Assembly (NCBI GenBank): GCA_016190205.1
Contig: JACPQZ010000076.1
Coordinates: 4,632 to 68,631 of the forward strand
Direction of reading: 5' to 3'
Length of the DNA stretch: 64,000 nucleotides
From: Candidatus Omnitrophota bacterium
GTDB lineage: Bacteria > Omnitrophota > JACPQZ01
This document shows positions 46,198-57,003 of this stretch, in pieces; positions within the stretch are counted from its first letter, which is position 1; each line of letters begins with the position of its first letter. Below the pieces are notes generated by a model. That model saw only the letters and a list, made by a program, of their open reading frames with translations. It had not been told where the DNA came from and made no database searches. A program made the translations under genes and the position numbers.

Positions 46198-47754
46198 TTA
46201 AATATCGAAATACAGGTGGAACTCGTACGGGACCGGGCGGGTATTGACGGCCGCGATCTCGCGCTCCCTCTTGTACTCGAGCCACACATCAATCACATCC
46301 TGGGTGAAAACCCCTCCCTCTTTGAGGAAGTCCTGGTCTTTCTCCAGGGCGTTCAAGGACTGTTCGAGGGAACCCGGGACCTGCCGGACCTTCTTCGCCT
46401 CTGCGGGCGAAAGGTCGTAGAGGTCCTTATCAACCGGCTCTCCCGGTTCCAGTTTTCTGCGTATTCCGTCTAAGCCGGCCATGAGACAGGCCGAAAAAGC
46501 GAGATACGGGTTGCACGACGGATCAGGGCAGCGGAACTCGATGCGCTTGGCCCTGGGGTTTTTCGAATAGACTGGTATGCGGATGGCCGCGCTGCGGTTC
46601 CTCTGCGAATACATGAGGTTCACCGGGGCCTCGTAACCAGGCACCAGCCTCTTGTACGAATTCGTGGTCGGGGCGCAGAAGGCCATCAGGGCATCGGCGT
46701 GCTTCAAGAGCCCGCCGATGTACCAGCGGGCCGTCTGGCTCAAAAGACCGTAACCTTTCGGATCATAAAAGAGGTTACGGCCTTCCTTCCACAAGCTCTG
46801 GTGCACGTGCATGCCGCTTCCGTTGTCGCCAAAAATGGGCTTCGGCATGAACGTCGCCACCTTGTTGTACTTGCGGCACACGTTCTTCACCACGTACTTG
46901 TACATCATGAGGTTATCCGCCATGCGCACGAGCGTCGTGAATCTCATGTCGATCTCGGCCTGGCCGGGGCTTCCGACCTCATGATGCTGGACCTCGATGG
47001 GCACCCCGGTCTTGATGAGCGTGAGTATTATCTCGCTCCTTAAATCCTGCTGTGAATCATGCGGGGGCACGGGGAAGTAGCCTTCTTTGTAACGGCACTT
47101 GTAGCCTAAGTTCGGATTTTCCACCCTGCCGGTGTTCCACTGGCCTTCAATACTGTCGACGAAATAGGAGGCCGTGTTCTCTTTCTGCTCGAAGCGCACA
47201 TCGTCAAAGATGTAGAACTCCGCCTCGGGGCCCCAATAGCTGGTTGTGGCAATGCCCGTTTTAATGAGATACTGCTCCGCCTTTTCGGCGATAAAACGGG
47301 GGTCCCGCGAATACGCCTGACGGGTAACGGGATCGTAGATGTCGCAGATGATGCTCACGGTGGGAACGGTGCACACCGGATCGACCACCGCGGTCGAGGG
47401 ATCCGGGATCAGGATCATGTCGCTTTCCTGGATCTTTTGAAAGCCCCGGATGCTGGACCCGTCAAACCCTATGCCGTCCACCCAGATGCTCGTCTCGATG
47501 TCTTCAAAATGGGTGAGCTCCGACACGGGGATAGAAAAGTGCTGCCAAATCCCGGGCAGGTCATTAAATTTAAAATCCACGATCTGAATGTTGTTGTCCC
47601 GGATGAGTTTGGCCACCCGCTGGGCTTCCTGGGGGCTTGTGCCCTGCCGGACTCGGGATTTGCCCACTTGAATCACATCATTCAGCGGGGTCTCCGCGCG
47701 CCGGGACCGATTTCGTTTTTCTACGTCTAATACAGCACTCACACGTTTAGCCAT
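46198..47754 (-). CDS. glnA: Glutamine synthetase type I (with an N-terminal extension or an uncertain start)
   Basis: Contains the GS signatures KPIFGDNGSGMHVHQSLW and NIQIVDFKFNDLPGIWQHF, and a C-terminal YEFHLYFDI segment. Confidence 0.85.
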   Translation of the reverse strand: MAKRVSAVLDVEKRNRSRRAETPLNDVIQVGKSRVRQGTSPQEAQRVAKLIRDNNIQIVDFKFNDLPGIWQHFSIPVSELTHFEDIETSIWVDGIGFDGSSIRGFQKIQESDMILIPDPSTAVVDPVCTVPTVSIICDIYDPVTRQAYSRDPRFIAEKAEQYLIKTGIATTSYWGPEAEFYIFDDVRFEQKENTASYFVDSIEGQWNTGRVENPNLGYKCRYKEGYFPVPPHDSQQDLRSEIILTLIKTGVPIEVQHHEVGSPGQAEIDMRFTTLVRMADNLMMYKYVVKNVCRKYNKVATFMPKPIFGDNGSGMHVHQSLWKEGRNLFYDPKGYGLLSQTARWYIGGLLKHADALMAFCAPTTNSYKRLVPGYEAPVNLMYSQRNRSAAIRIPVYSKNPRAKRIEFRCPDPSCNPYLAFSACLMAGLDGIRRKLEPGEPVDKDLYDLSPAEAKKVRQVPGSLEQSLNALEKDQDFLKEGGVFTQDVIDVWLEYKREREIAAVNTRPVPYEFHLYFDI

Positions 47755-48036
47755 GCTACTTCCTTTCCTTTTTTATTGCCTTGCGAAGCCGCCACCGCGA
47801 ACCTTAACCCTGTGGATCACCTTGGAGAAACTCACATCCGGGGCAAAACGGAGGAATTTCCAGAATTTCTGCAACACGTAATGTTAACACAGGTTACGGC
47901 AACAAGTCAACTTAAAAATTCCTGACACAAGTGGCGCGAAGGTTGCCTATGAACCTGTTACACAATAAGTTACACAAACGAACCGCCCGCATGTGAAGGT
48001 CCCCCTCTCGCGGGGCGCTCTTGAGTCCCAGATAAG

Positions 48037-48052
48037 GCAATCACCATGCCAA
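48037..48052 (-). promoter_or_regulatory. Candidate sigma-54 promoter (TGGCAT-N5-TTGCC) upstream of glnA
   Basis: The minus strand reads TGGCATGGTGATTGCC, with the GG/GC spacing of sigma-54 promoters. It lies about 280 nt upstream of the glnA start and 3-prime of the sigma-54 activator gene. Confidence 0.35.
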
Positions 48053-48103
48053 CCGGTACAAGGCGTGGGCATGACGCGGGTCACGGTTCACAGAACAAAA
48101 GTG

Positions 48104-49676
48104 TCAGATGGAACTGACAATTTTGTATTTTTTGGCCTTGTAACCTAAAATGCGTTCCGTGATGCCCAGCATCTTCGCCGCGCGGCTTTGATTTCCCCGG
48201 CTCGTGTTTAAGGCTTCCTGGATGAGCCGGGCCTCCAAAGCCTTTACAGAATCCGTCAGACTCAACCGGCCCGCGTTCCCCTCATGAAACCGTTCCTCGG
48301 CATAGTGCGGCACAACCTTATGCCTTATGTTGGAGGGTAAATCCCTCCTGCGGACGACGTGACCCTCCGCCATCACCACCGCCCGCTCCATGCAGTTTTC
48401 GAGCTCTCTGACGTTTCCAGGCCAGGGGTAGGTGATGAGGACATCCATTGCGTCCTGGGCCGGGCGCTCTACCGCCTTCCCATGTTCCTTCCCGGAGCGG
48501 CTGATAAAGTAATCGACGAGCTCCGGGATATCCTCCCTGCGCTCCCTTAAAGGCGGAAGGTAGATGGTGATGACGTTCAGGCGGTAGTAGAGATCCTCTC
48601 GGAACCGTTTCTCCCGCACCTCCTGATCGAGGGGACGGTTGGTGGCCGCTATGATGCGCACGTCCACCTTGATGGTCTCGGTCCCTCCCACCCGCTCAAA
48701 TTCGCGCTCCTGCAGCACCCGCAGCATCTTCACTTGGGCGGCCAGCGTGAGATCCCCTACCTCGTCCAGAAAAAGGGTCCCCCCATGGGCGAGTTCGAAA
48801 CGACCGGGTTTTCTGGCGAGGGCCCCCGTGAACGCCCCCTTTTCGTAACCGAAGAGTTCGCTCTCGAGGAGGGTCTCGGGGATCGACGCTGCGCTTATTC
48901 TGACAAAGGGTCCGTCCGAGCGCGGGCTCATGTAATGGAGGGCGCGTGCAATAAGCTCCTTTCCCGTTCCGCTCTCTCCTAAAAGCAGCACGGTAGCCTT
49001 GGAGCGGGCGCATTGATGGACGACGCGAAAGACGTCCTGCATGGCGCGGCTGGACCCTATGATGTTCTCGACATGGTAGCGGGTCTTGAGCTGCCGGCGG
49101 AGATCTGTATTTTCTTCTTCCAACCTGACGTGCTCCGTACGGACCTGCTGCCTCAAACGGACCGCCTGGGCGATCATAGAGGCGATGGTCGCAAGGAGGC
49201 GAACGTCCTCCTGCAGAGACACGGGCTGCTCAAAGAGCCTGTCCACGCTTAGGGCCCCAATCGTCTTACCGGCATATTTGATCGGAACACAGATGAAGGC
49301 GATGGTCTGCCGGGAGAGATCTCCGCGGGACCGCGTCCGGTTTAGGAAAAGGGGTTCCTTCCCGATGTTGGGGATTGCGATCGGTTCGCCCGCCTCCACC
49401 ACCTTGCCCGTGATCCCCTCGCCCAGCTTATACCGGCCCCGCCGCATTTGCCGCCGGTCCATGCCCTTGGCCGCCTCGATCATGATCTTCTGGGTCTGGG
49501 GGTCCAAGAGCGTGAGTGTTCCGCGCTCCATGCCCATTTCCCGGGCGAGGATATCCAGCACCGAGCGCAGGACATCGAGCTCAAGCGAGGAGGCCAGGGC
49601 CTGGCTGATTGAATGCAGGACATTGAGCTCTTTAAGCCCCTGGCGTAACTCGCCGTTCTTAAGATGATCGGTCATT
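48104..49676 (-). CDS. Sigma-54-dependent transcriptional activator with an N-terminal GAF domain (NifA/NtrC-like)
   Basis: Sigma-54 AAA module ([21 protein letters not shown]) and a C-terminal Fis-type HTH. The start is set at MTDHLKNG (ATG 49676). The upstream in-frame extension translates the repeat element. Confidence 0.85.
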
Positions 49677-49691
49677 TTAACCTTAAATAAC

Positions 49692-50005
49692 TCTGTCCGT
49701 GATTCGTGTTTCGTGATTCGTGAAACGTAGTTGACGACTTGAGTAACCAGAAACCAGCAACCAGATACCAGAAGATTCCAGAGACCAGATACCAGAGTGA
49801 TACGATAAAATTCGAAATACGAAACTCGAAGCACGAAGCAAATTCGAATGACCGAAATTCAAAACTCGAAAACGGTTGTTTTGAATTTCTGATTTCGAAT
49901 TTCTAACTTGCTTCTAATTTCGATCTTCGAATTTCGTATTTTTTCTGGTTACTGGTATCTGGTATCTGGTTTCTTTTTTTCACGATTCACGATCAACGAT
50001 CCACG
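49692..50005. repeat. About 310-bp composite palindrome built from three families of tandem hexamer repeats arranged A-B-C|C-prime-B-prime-A-prime
   Basis: Left arm: (CGTGATT/TCGTGAA)n, then (AACCAG/ATACCAG)n, then (TTCGAAA/ACTCGAA)n. The centre is near 49875. The right arm holds the reverse-complement families (TTCGAATTT..., CTGGTATCTGG..., CACGATTCACGATC...). Confidence 0.85.
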
Positions 50006-50008
50006 AAC

Positions 50009-50824
50009 CTACACTGCGACAATGCACACTCCCCGGGTGTCGGCTTCACAAAGCACCCGCTCACGTTCCAGGATGAGGGTCTCACCCGCCTCAATGGCGA
50101 GGACGCCTGTTTGGGCGTCGGCGAGCGCCTGAACTGTCTTTAGACCGATACAGGGAACATCAAATCGCACATCCTGTTTCGCCTTGCTTACCTTGACGAT
50201 AACGATCCCCGGGCCCGCCACCTGAAAGGCGCGGCGGATCATGTCATCCGTTCCCTCCATGGCCTCCACCGCGACCACGGCCTTGGCCTTTACAGCCACT
50301 GCCTGTCCGACATCCAGGGCAGAGACCTTTTTGGCCAACTCGAACCCAAAGCGGATGTCCGCTTCCTGCTCCGGTGATGGGTTTCTCCGCGTCAAAACCC
50401 CCCTCGATGGGATGAGATCGCTCAAGTACGTCTTTGAGCTCAAGAGGGTAAGGCCCTTCCTGGCCAGATATTTGGCGACAGCCTTGAGCAGGGTGTCCGC
50501 CCGCTTATCCGGCGCCGTAGCCAAGATGAAGGCGAGGGCCGGATCGGGTTTAAAACCTGAAAAGAGTTTTTTATGTTTTATCTGCCCGGCCATCACAACA
50601 TCCGTGACCCCCTCGGACTTCAAATATTCTGTCAGGCGTTCGAGATCCGTGACCTCGATCCAGTGTACCTTGTCTGCGAGCTCCTCGATGCCGCTCTCGG
50701 TCTCACCCCGCACAGCGACCGCCACCACCCGATGGCCGCGCTCCCGCGCCTTGCCCGCAAAAATCAGCGGGTATTGGCCGTTTCCGGCGATCAAACCGAT
50801 CGTTTTAGGAGCTACTTTTTGCAT
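50009..50824 (-). CDS. lpxI: UDP-2,3-diacylglucosamine diphosphatase LpxI (DUF1009)
   Basis: LpxI family similarity (GLIAGNGQYPLIFAGKARERGHRVVAVAV...). It sits in lipid A gene context next to lpxA. Confidence 0.75.
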   Translation of the reverse strand: MQKVAPKTIGLIAGNGQYPLIFAGKARERGHRVVAVAVRGETESGIEELADKVHWIEVTDLERLTEYLKSEGVTDVVMAGQIKHKKLFSGFKPDPALAFILATAPDKRADTLLKAVAKYLARKGLTLLSSKTYLSDLIPSRGVLTRRNPSPEQEADIRFGFELAKKVSALDVGQAVAVKAKAVVAVEAMEGTDDMIRRAFQVAGPGIVIVKVSKAKQDVRFDVPCIGLKTVQALADAQTGVLAIEAGETLILERERVLCEADTRGVCIVAV

Positions 50825-50910
50825 GCGTGTGTGATTCGGGATCCGGGAAGCGGGAACAGGGAACCGCCACCGCTTCCCGCTTCCCGTTTCCCGGTTCCCG
50901 AACCGTCGTT

Positions 50911-51699
50911 TTACTTTGTTATTCCCCGCTCGGACTCTCGGATGAAGCGGACGAGGTGGGTCAATTCGGGGTACGAAGCGAGCTCTTTTTCGATGCGGGC
51001 AAGCGCTTGCGTGACCGCTAAATCAGAACGGTACAGGAGCCGGTGAGCCTTTTTGAGTTCATCTCGACAACGGGGCTCCAAACCAGCGCGCTCGAGACCC
51101 AGCCGGTTGATGCCAAAGACCTTCACCGGGTGGCCATCGGCCATCATAAAGGGGGGGATATCCTTGACCAGTTTGGAAAAGCCCCCGATGATGGAAAGGC
51201 GCCCCACGCGCACGAACTGATGGATTCCGACCATTCCGCCCACGATGGCCTGGGATTCTATCGTGACATGCCCCCCCATGGTAACCGCATTGGCAATAAT
51301 AACGCCGTCTTCGATCCTGCAATCATGGGCGATATGGGCGTAGGCCATGATGAGATTCCGGTCCCCGATAAACGTCTCGCTTTCTTCGCCCGTGGCCGTA
51401 TGCACGGTGACATATTCCCGGACCGTGTTTTGGTCTCCGATTCTTACGCGCGTGACCCCGCCCCTGTATTTGAGGTCCTGGGAGCGGGTCCCGATGACCG
51501 CACCCGGGTAGATCTCACAGCGCTCGCCGATTTCCGTATAGCCGTCCAGGACCACGTGCGACATCAGGCGGGTCCCCGGCCCTATCGTGACGTGTTCCCC
51601 AACCACGCAGTAGGGACCTACGTCGACACCTTCGCCTATCTGGGCCTTGGGATGGACACACGCGGTGGGGTGAATCTGGACCGTATAATTCGTTGCCAT
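50911..51699 (-). CDS. lpxA: Acyl-ACP--UDP-N-acetylglucosamine O-acyltransferase
   Basis: Left-handed beta-helix hexapeptide repeats and an LpxA-like N-terminus (IHPTACVHPKAQIGEGVDVGPYCVVG). Confidence 0.9.
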   Translation of the reverse strand: MATNYTVQIHPTACVHPKAQIGEGVDVGPYCVVGEHVTIGPGTRLMSHVVLDGYTEIGERCEIYPGAVIGTRSQDLKYRGGVTRVRIGDQNTVREYVTVHTATGEESETFIGDRNLIMAYAHIAHDCRIEDGVIIANAVTMGGHVTIESQAIVGGMVGIHQFVRVGRLSIIGGFSKLVKDIPPFMMADGHPVKVFGINRLGLERAGLEPRCRDELKKAHRLLYRSDLAVTQALARIEKELASYPELTHLVRFIRESERGITK

Positions 51700-51711
51700 G
51701 GACTTGGGTTT

Positions 51712-53028
51712 TTAGGCATCCACCAGGCTGAACATGAGTCTCGCCTCCGCCACCACCTTATTCCCGACCTTGGCCACACCCTCGGTCAGCGTGGTGCGAG
51801 ACTTAATCTTCAAGACGTTCACTTCCAGGATAAGCTCATCCCCCGGGAGTACCGTCCTCCTGAACTTCGCCCGCTCGATGCTCATGAAATACGCAATCTT
51901 CTTTAAGTTCTCCTGGCGCGAGAGCATGAGGATCCCGCTCACCTGCGCCAAGGCCTCTACGATCAAGACGCCCGGCATGACCGGATGGCCCGGAAAATGG
52001 CCGCCGAAATAGGCTTCGTCCGCTAGCACATGCTTGACCCCAACTGCCCGCTTGTTGGGAATAAACTCAACCACCTCGTCGACAAAGAGAAAAGGTTGGC
52101 GATGAGGAATAATGCGCTCGATCTCTGTCTGTCCCATCACTGTTCCTTCAGAGAGAGGTTCCTGTACCACACTGGCGACCCCGGCGGCGCCGTCGCGCAC
52201 GGCCTGCCGTTTGATTCGCTGGATGAGCGCAATATTGAGAGAGTGTCCGCTCCTCACGGCGATGACATGACCCTTTAGATGCATCCCCAGGAGATACAAA
52301 TCCCCGATGAGATCCAGGATTTTATGCCGCACAAATTCATCCTGAAAGCGCAGCTCGTTGCGGATCACCCCCTCCGGGCCCACCACCAGGGTATTGTCGA
52401 AATCAGCCCCCTTCCCTAGGCCCTTTTCCCTTAAAAGCTGTCCTTCCGACTCCGTGCAGAACGTGCGGGCGGGCGCGATCTGGTTCACGAAGACGTCGTC
52501 CTTCAAGGTAAAGCTCGCGAATTGCGATTTCATTTCGGGGTGATCGAACATATAGCTCACCTTGAACGCATCATGCGGCAGAACGACAATGCTGGCATCT
52601 TGTTCCTGGATGTAAATCGGCTCTCGAACGGCGTAGACCTTGCGAGGCGCCTCCTGCTCCTGGTAACCGGCCTTGGCAAGCACCTGGGTAAATCCGAGCG
52701 CGCTTCCGTCCAGCCCGGGGAGTTCCTCCCCGTCTATCTCAATGATGATATTGTCAATCCGCAGTCCCACCAGGCACGCCATGAGATGCTCGATGGTGTG
52801 CACCTCATAGGAGTTCACGCCCACGGAAGAGCGGCGCGGCCTCTTATTGAGGTCGATCACATGGTAGATTTCGGCGGGGATGGAAGGTTTTTCAGGAAGG
52901 TCAGACCGGACGAAACGAACGCCCGACTGCGGGGGGGCTGGCTTGAAAACGCAGTTGACCGTCTTGCCTGTGTGCAGGCCGACCCCGGAGAGCCTAGCCG
53001 GCTTTTTTATTGTCCGCTGAGACTCCAC
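51712..53028 (-). CDS. lpxC: Bifunctional UDP-3-O-acyl-GlcNAc deacetylase / 3-hydroxyacyl-ACP dehydratase (LpxC-FabZ fusion)
   Basis: N-terminal LpxC ([19 protein letters not shown]...) and C-terminal FabZ ([11 protein letters not shown]...[20 protein letters not shown]). The likely start is GTG 53028, since the ORF track start at 53166 would overlap lpxD by 170 nt. Confidence 0.85.
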   Translation of the reverse strand: MESQRTIKKPARLSGVGLHTGKTVNCVFKPAPPQSGVRFVRSDLPEKPSIPAEIYHVIDLNKRPRRSSVGVNSYEVHTIEHLMACLVGLRIDNIIIEIDGEELPGLDGSALGFTQVLAKAGYQEQEAPRKVYAVREPIYIQEQDASIVVLPHDAFKVSYMFDHPEMKSQFASFTLKDDVFVNQIAPARTFCTESEGQLLREKGLGKGADFDNTLVVGPEGVIRNELRFQDEFVRHKILDLIGDLYLLGMHLKGHVIAVRSGHSLNIALIQRIKRQAVRDGAAGVASVVQEPLSEGTVMGQTEIERIIPHRQPFLFVDEVVEFIPNKRAVGVKHVLADEAYFGGHFPGHPVMPGVLIVEALAQVSGILMLSRQENLKKIAYFMSIERAKFRRTVLPGDELILEVNVLKIKSRTTLTEGVAKVGNKVVAEARLMFSLVDA

Positions 53029-54058
53029 CGAGCTTTCTCTCCAGACGTGCCACCTTGTCTTCCAAGGTGGAAAAAGACTTGAACATCTCGGGAAGCTTGG
53101 CCATGCAGGCGAAGATCCTCTTGGCCCGGTTAAAGGGCTTGGCCGGCTGGCCAAGGACACAGGCATTGTCGGGAACGGATTTGGTCACCCCGCTCTGTGC
53201 TGCGATGGTGACATTATCTCCGATGGTGATATGCCCCACGATGCCCGCCTGACCCGCCATCACCACGCCGTTTCCGACCGTAGTGCTCCCGCTGATACCG
53301 CACTGCGCGACGATGATGGAGTGCTCTCCAATCGTCACGTTATGCGCGATTTGAACCAGATTGTCAATCTTCGTCCCCCTCCCGATAAAGGTGGTGCCGA
53401 AACGGGCGCGATCAATCGTCACGTTGGAACCGATCTCCACGTCGTCGGAGAGAACCACGTTGCCGATTTGGGGGATCTTGTGATGCACGCCCTTGACCGT
53501 AGCAAAACCGAATCCGTCGCTCCCGATCACAGAGCCGGAATGAATGATGACGCGCGCCCCGATCTCGACATATTCCCGGATCGAGACGTTCGGATAAATC
53601 ACCGTTGCCTTACCGATCTTGGTGTGGTGGCCCACGTACACCCCCGCATACAGGATGACGTCATCGGCAATCTCGGCATAGTCATCCACTACCACGTAGG
53701 GCTGCATGGCTACGTTCTTCCCCAGCTTGACATGCTGGCCCAGAACTGCCGTCGAATGAATGCCCTTAGGCGTCACGGTCTCATTGGGAGCCAAGAGCGT
53801 GACGATGCGCGCAAAGGCAAGTGATGGATTTTCCGCGCGGATCAGGGAATGGTTGGGGATCGGCTCGAGATCTTCAGAAACAATGATGGCGGAGGCCTGC
53901 GTCGTATCGGCCAGGGGGACGTATTTGGGATTGGCCAGGAACGTGATATCCCCTTCCGAGGCTTCTTTAATACCGCTCACGCCCGTAATCACCGTATTGG
54001 GATCGCCGTCCACGCGGCCCCCGACGATTCGGGCGAGCTCCGAGAGGGTCTTTTTCAC
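52994..54058 (-). CDS. lpxD: UDP-3-O-acylglucosamine N-acyltransferase
   Basis: LpxD-like N-terminus ([42 protein letters not shown]) and hexapeptide repeats. Confidence 0.9.
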   Translation of the reverse strand: MKKTLSELARIVGGRVDGDPNTVITGVSGIKEASEGDITFLANPKYVPLADTTQASAIIVSEDLEPIPNHSLIRAENPSLAFARIVTLLAPNETVTPKGIHSTAVLGQHVKLGKNVAMQPYVVVDDYAEIADDVILYAGVYVGHHTKIGKATVIYPNVSIREYVEIGARVIIHSGSVIGSDGFGFATVKGVHHKIPQIGNVVLSDDVEIGSNVTIDRARFGTTFIGRGTKIDNLVQIAHNVTIGEHSIIVAQCGISGSTTVGNGVVMAGQAGIVGHITIGDNVTIAAQSGVTKSVPDNACVLGQPAKPFNRAKRIFACMAKLPEMFKSFSTLEDKVARLERKLGGVSADNKKAG

Positions 54059-54582
54059 TGGACCCTCCTCTGGTACTGGTCATTCAAGATCGTAAGAATC
54101 TCATTCGTGACATCTACCTCGCCGCTGGAATACACGAGGGCCCGGCCATGGAAGATAATATCATACCCCTTGCTCTTGCCGTACGAATCGATGACCGCTT
54201 GAATCTCGGTCAGGATATCCTTGACCAGATTGTCGCGGCGCGACCGCAATTCCTCGCGCGCCTTGCGGTCAAACTCCTGGAGTTCCTTGATCTTGGCATC
54301 GATATCCTGCTGCTTGCCTTGGCGGTTGTCTTGGGCCAGGAGCTCCAGCTCGTCCTTCAAGCGGCGCACCTCTTGAACCACCTTATCGCGCTCCTTCTGC
54401 TTGGCCTGGCCTTCCTGCTCCAGATCGGCGTCGGCCTCCTGGGTCCTCTTATAATCGTCAAAGAGCTTGGCAATATCCACGTATCCCATCTTGAGCCCGT
54501 CCTCGCGGGCATCGGCATGAGAGGGCGGCGCCAGGGTCCCGCAGGCCGTAAGGAGAATGACTGTCATCATTTTGAAACGCAT
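54055..54582 (-). CDS. skp: Periplasmic chaperone Skp/OmpH
   Basis: Signal peptide followed by a coiled-coil OmpH domain ([25 protein letters not shown]...). It overlaps lpxD in an ATGA arrangement. Confidence 0.8.
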   Translation of the reverse strand: MRFKMMTVILLTACGTLAPPSHADAREDGLKMGYVDIAKLFDDYKRTQEADADLEQEGQAKQKERDKVVQEVRRLKDELELLAQDNRQGKQQDIDAKIKELQEFDRKAREELRSRRDNLVKDILTEIQAVIDSYGKSKGYDIIFHGRALVYSSGEVDVTNEILTILNDQYQRRVQ

Positions 54583-54596
54583 CTCACACCTCCGTG

Positions 54597-56894
54597 CTAA
54601 AATCCGCGCTCGATATCAAAGTAAAACCGGCCCTTGTCGTTTTCCTCGCCTTCCGGCAGATCCAGCGGAAAACCATAATCGATCCGCACAGGACCAATAG
54701 GCGTCTTAATCCGAATGCCCGCACCTACACCTTCGCGCAGATCCGTGATGTTAAAGTCGTAACTTTCGCGAAAAACGTTTCCGGTGTCAAAAAAGACCGC
54801 CCCTTTGATCAAATCCTCCACCAGGGGAATGGTGTATTCGGCATTGGCGATGATCAGGGTGTTTCCGCCGATGGGGTCACCCCCGTCGATGGGACCTAAG
54901 CGCCGGTAGTTATACCCGCGAACGGTACTGGAGCCCCCCGCGAAGAAACGCTCATACACGGGGACCCGGTCGCTCGCGCCGAATTCCTCGGCGATGCCGA
55001 GCCTGAAGCGCAGATCCAGGACATGGTCCGTGAAAAAGGGGAAATACTTTCGCGCATCCAGCTGGAGCTTGTAGAAATCCTTGTCTCCACCCAGAAAACT
55101 GCCGAAGAGGCCCCCCTCCAGGGATACAACGTTTCCCGTGCTGGGCACAAAACGGTTATCCGTCGTATTGTGTGTAAGATCCAGGCTTAAGGCGCTTACC
55201 TGGGCCTTACCCTCTTCCGCCCGGATGTCCGCGGAGGCGTCCTCCGAAAGATCGGTCACGTCGATCTCCTGAAATGTGTAGTTCAAGCGGGCCGTATCGT
55301 ACTCCGTAAACTCTTTTCCGAGGCGGAGCGTCCCCCCCAGCCGTTCCTCATCATAGTCTTCGCGCACATACGTCCGGCTGAAGAGATCGACCCCGAAAGA
55401 GAAGGGATAACCCAGCATCCACGGCTCCGTAAAATTGAACTCGAAATCCTGGAAAACGGACCCCGCCTCGGCCCGCAGGCGGACTCTTTGACCCCCTCCC
55501 ACGAAATGGGGCCAGTCGGTCAAATCAAAATTGCGCTGGATCACGTCTACGAACCCGACAAACCGCTGCGAGGTGCTGAAACCCGCCCCAAACGTAAACT
55601 CGCCTGTCTTGCGCTCCTTTACGTTGATGACTAGATCGTTCGTGTCGGGGGCCCGGCCGGGTTCGGTATCATACGTGACCTCTTCAAAATAGCCGAGATT
55701 GACGAGCCTCTGCTGGCTCCGTTTGAGTTTCTCACCGTCAAAGCGGTCGCCCGGTTTCAGCCGCATTTCCCGCCGGATGACATGGTCTTTCGTACGGTCA
55801 TTGCCCGTGATCCGTATTTGATCAACAAAGGCCAGATTGTTTTCGGTGATCCGGTACGAGACGGCGACCACCTGCCCGGTCTCGTCCAGACGCGTATCGG
55901 CGGCCACGCCGGCGTTCACATAACCCCTCTCAAAATAGTAGGCCTGGATCTTGTTCAGGTCATCGCGCAGGTGAAAGCGGCTGAAAGGAGCCCCCTGCGA
56001 CATGGACGTGTGGGACAGGATGTCGGAGGACGGGAAAAGGACATTCCCCTTGACCTCCACCGGCCCGGTCAGATACTGGCTGCCCTCGTCCACGGCAATA
56101 ACGATATACATGTGCGACTTGCGCTCACCCAAGTCATAGTGAAAAGAAGGGGTCACTTCTACATCCGCGTACCCCTTCTGCCAATACTTATATTTTATTC
56201 TTTCGAGGTCCACCTCAAACGCATCTTCGTCCAGGATGCCGGACGTGAACAAGGTGTCCCGCCGCGTCTGGATGGCCTTAAGGAGCTCTTTATCCGAAAA
56301 GACGGAATTGCCTGTCACAAATATCTTCCGGATCTTAAGCTTGCCTCCTTCTTGAATGGTCACATACACCGTGGAGCGGTTGCGGTCTGGGTCGGTGTCG
56401 ATCTCATACTCTACGGTAGCCAGCTGGTACCCTTTCTCGGCGTACAAAGAACGAACGGCCTTGATGCCCGACTTAAGCCCGCGCTCATCCAGCGGCTCGC
56501 CCACCACTGATTTAAACTGATCGCGAATCTGGCGCGTGCCCAACGCCTTATTGCCCTCTATCACGATTTCCTCAAGACGGCTTTTTTCTTCAACCGTAAA
56601 GAGGACATGCACGCCCTCGTCATCCTGTTCCGTCTCCACCCGGACATCGGAGAAAAAACCGCTGGCGTACAGGCGTTTGATGTCCTCATTCAGGACATCT
56701 TGATCAAAGATCAGGCCCGGACGGGTCTTGACCTTGGCGAGCACCGTAACGCTGCTGACTTCACGGTTGCCCCGCACCTCTACCGATTTGACCGCTGCGC
56801 CCGCTTCATCAGCAAAGGTCTCCAAGACGCCGTAACCACCCGCAAGCCATAGAAATGCACAGATGCCGAACGCGATTCTCTTGGGTATGGTCAC
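54597..56894 (-). CDS. bamA: Outer membrane protein assembly factor BamA
   Basis: POTRA repeats plus a C-terminal Omp85 barrel ending in ...RFYFDIERGF. The likely start is GTG 56894, which gives a signal peptide (TIPKRIAFGICAFLWLAGG). Confidence 0.85.
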   Translation of the reverse strand: MTIPKRIAFGICAFLWLAGGYGVLETFADEAGAAVKSVEVRGNREVSSVTVLAKVKTRPGLIFDQDVLNEDIKRLYASGFFSDVRVETEQDDEGVHVLFTVEEKSRLEEIVIEGNKALGTRQIRDQFKSVVGEPLDERGLKSGIKAVRSLYAEKGYQLATVEYEIDTDPDRNRSTVYVTIQEGGKLKIRKIFVTGNSVFSDKELLKAIQTRRDTLFTSGILDEDAFEVDLERIKYKYWQKGYADVEVTPSFHYDLGERKSHMYIVIAVDEGSQYLTGPVEVKGNVLFPSSDILSHTSMSQGAPFSRFHLRDDLNKIQAYYFERGYVNAGVAADTRLDETGQVVAVSYRITENNLAFVDQIRITGNDRTKDHVIRREMRLKPGDRFDGEKLKRSQQRLVNLGYFEEVTYDTEPGRAPDTNDLVINVKERKTGEFTFGAGFSTSQRFVGFVDVIQRNFDLTDWPHFVGGGQRVRLRAEAGSVFQDFEFNFTEPWMLGYPFSFGVDLFSRTYVREDYDEERLGGTLRLGKEFTEYDTARLNYTFQEIDVTDLSEDASADIRAEEGKAQVSALSLDLTHNTTDNRFVPSTGNVVSLEGGLFGSFLGGDKDFYKLQLDARKYFPFFTDHVLDLRFRLGIAEEFGASDRVPVYERFFAGGSSTVRGYNYRRLGPIDGGDPIGGNTLIIANAEYTIPLVEDLIKGAVFFDTGNVFRESYDFNITDLREGVGAGIRIKTPIGPVRIDYGFPLDLPEGEENDKGRFYFDIERGF

Positions 56895-57003
56895 ACCCTC
56901 CCGACAAGGAGGTAAGTAAAATAATTGGGTCAGTTTAACACAAGACCCTTGGGTTTGTAAACTCCGAGCTACAACATATTGCAAATATTGTATGTTTCTT
57001 CCC

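Noticed and set aside
49692-50005. Possibility that the hexamer-repeat arrays (here and at 50831, 58388, 58921, 61455) are CRISPR arrays
   Set aside because: The units are 6-7 nt with no unique spacers, the arrays are dyad-symmetric, and no cas genes are present. They are not CRISPR.
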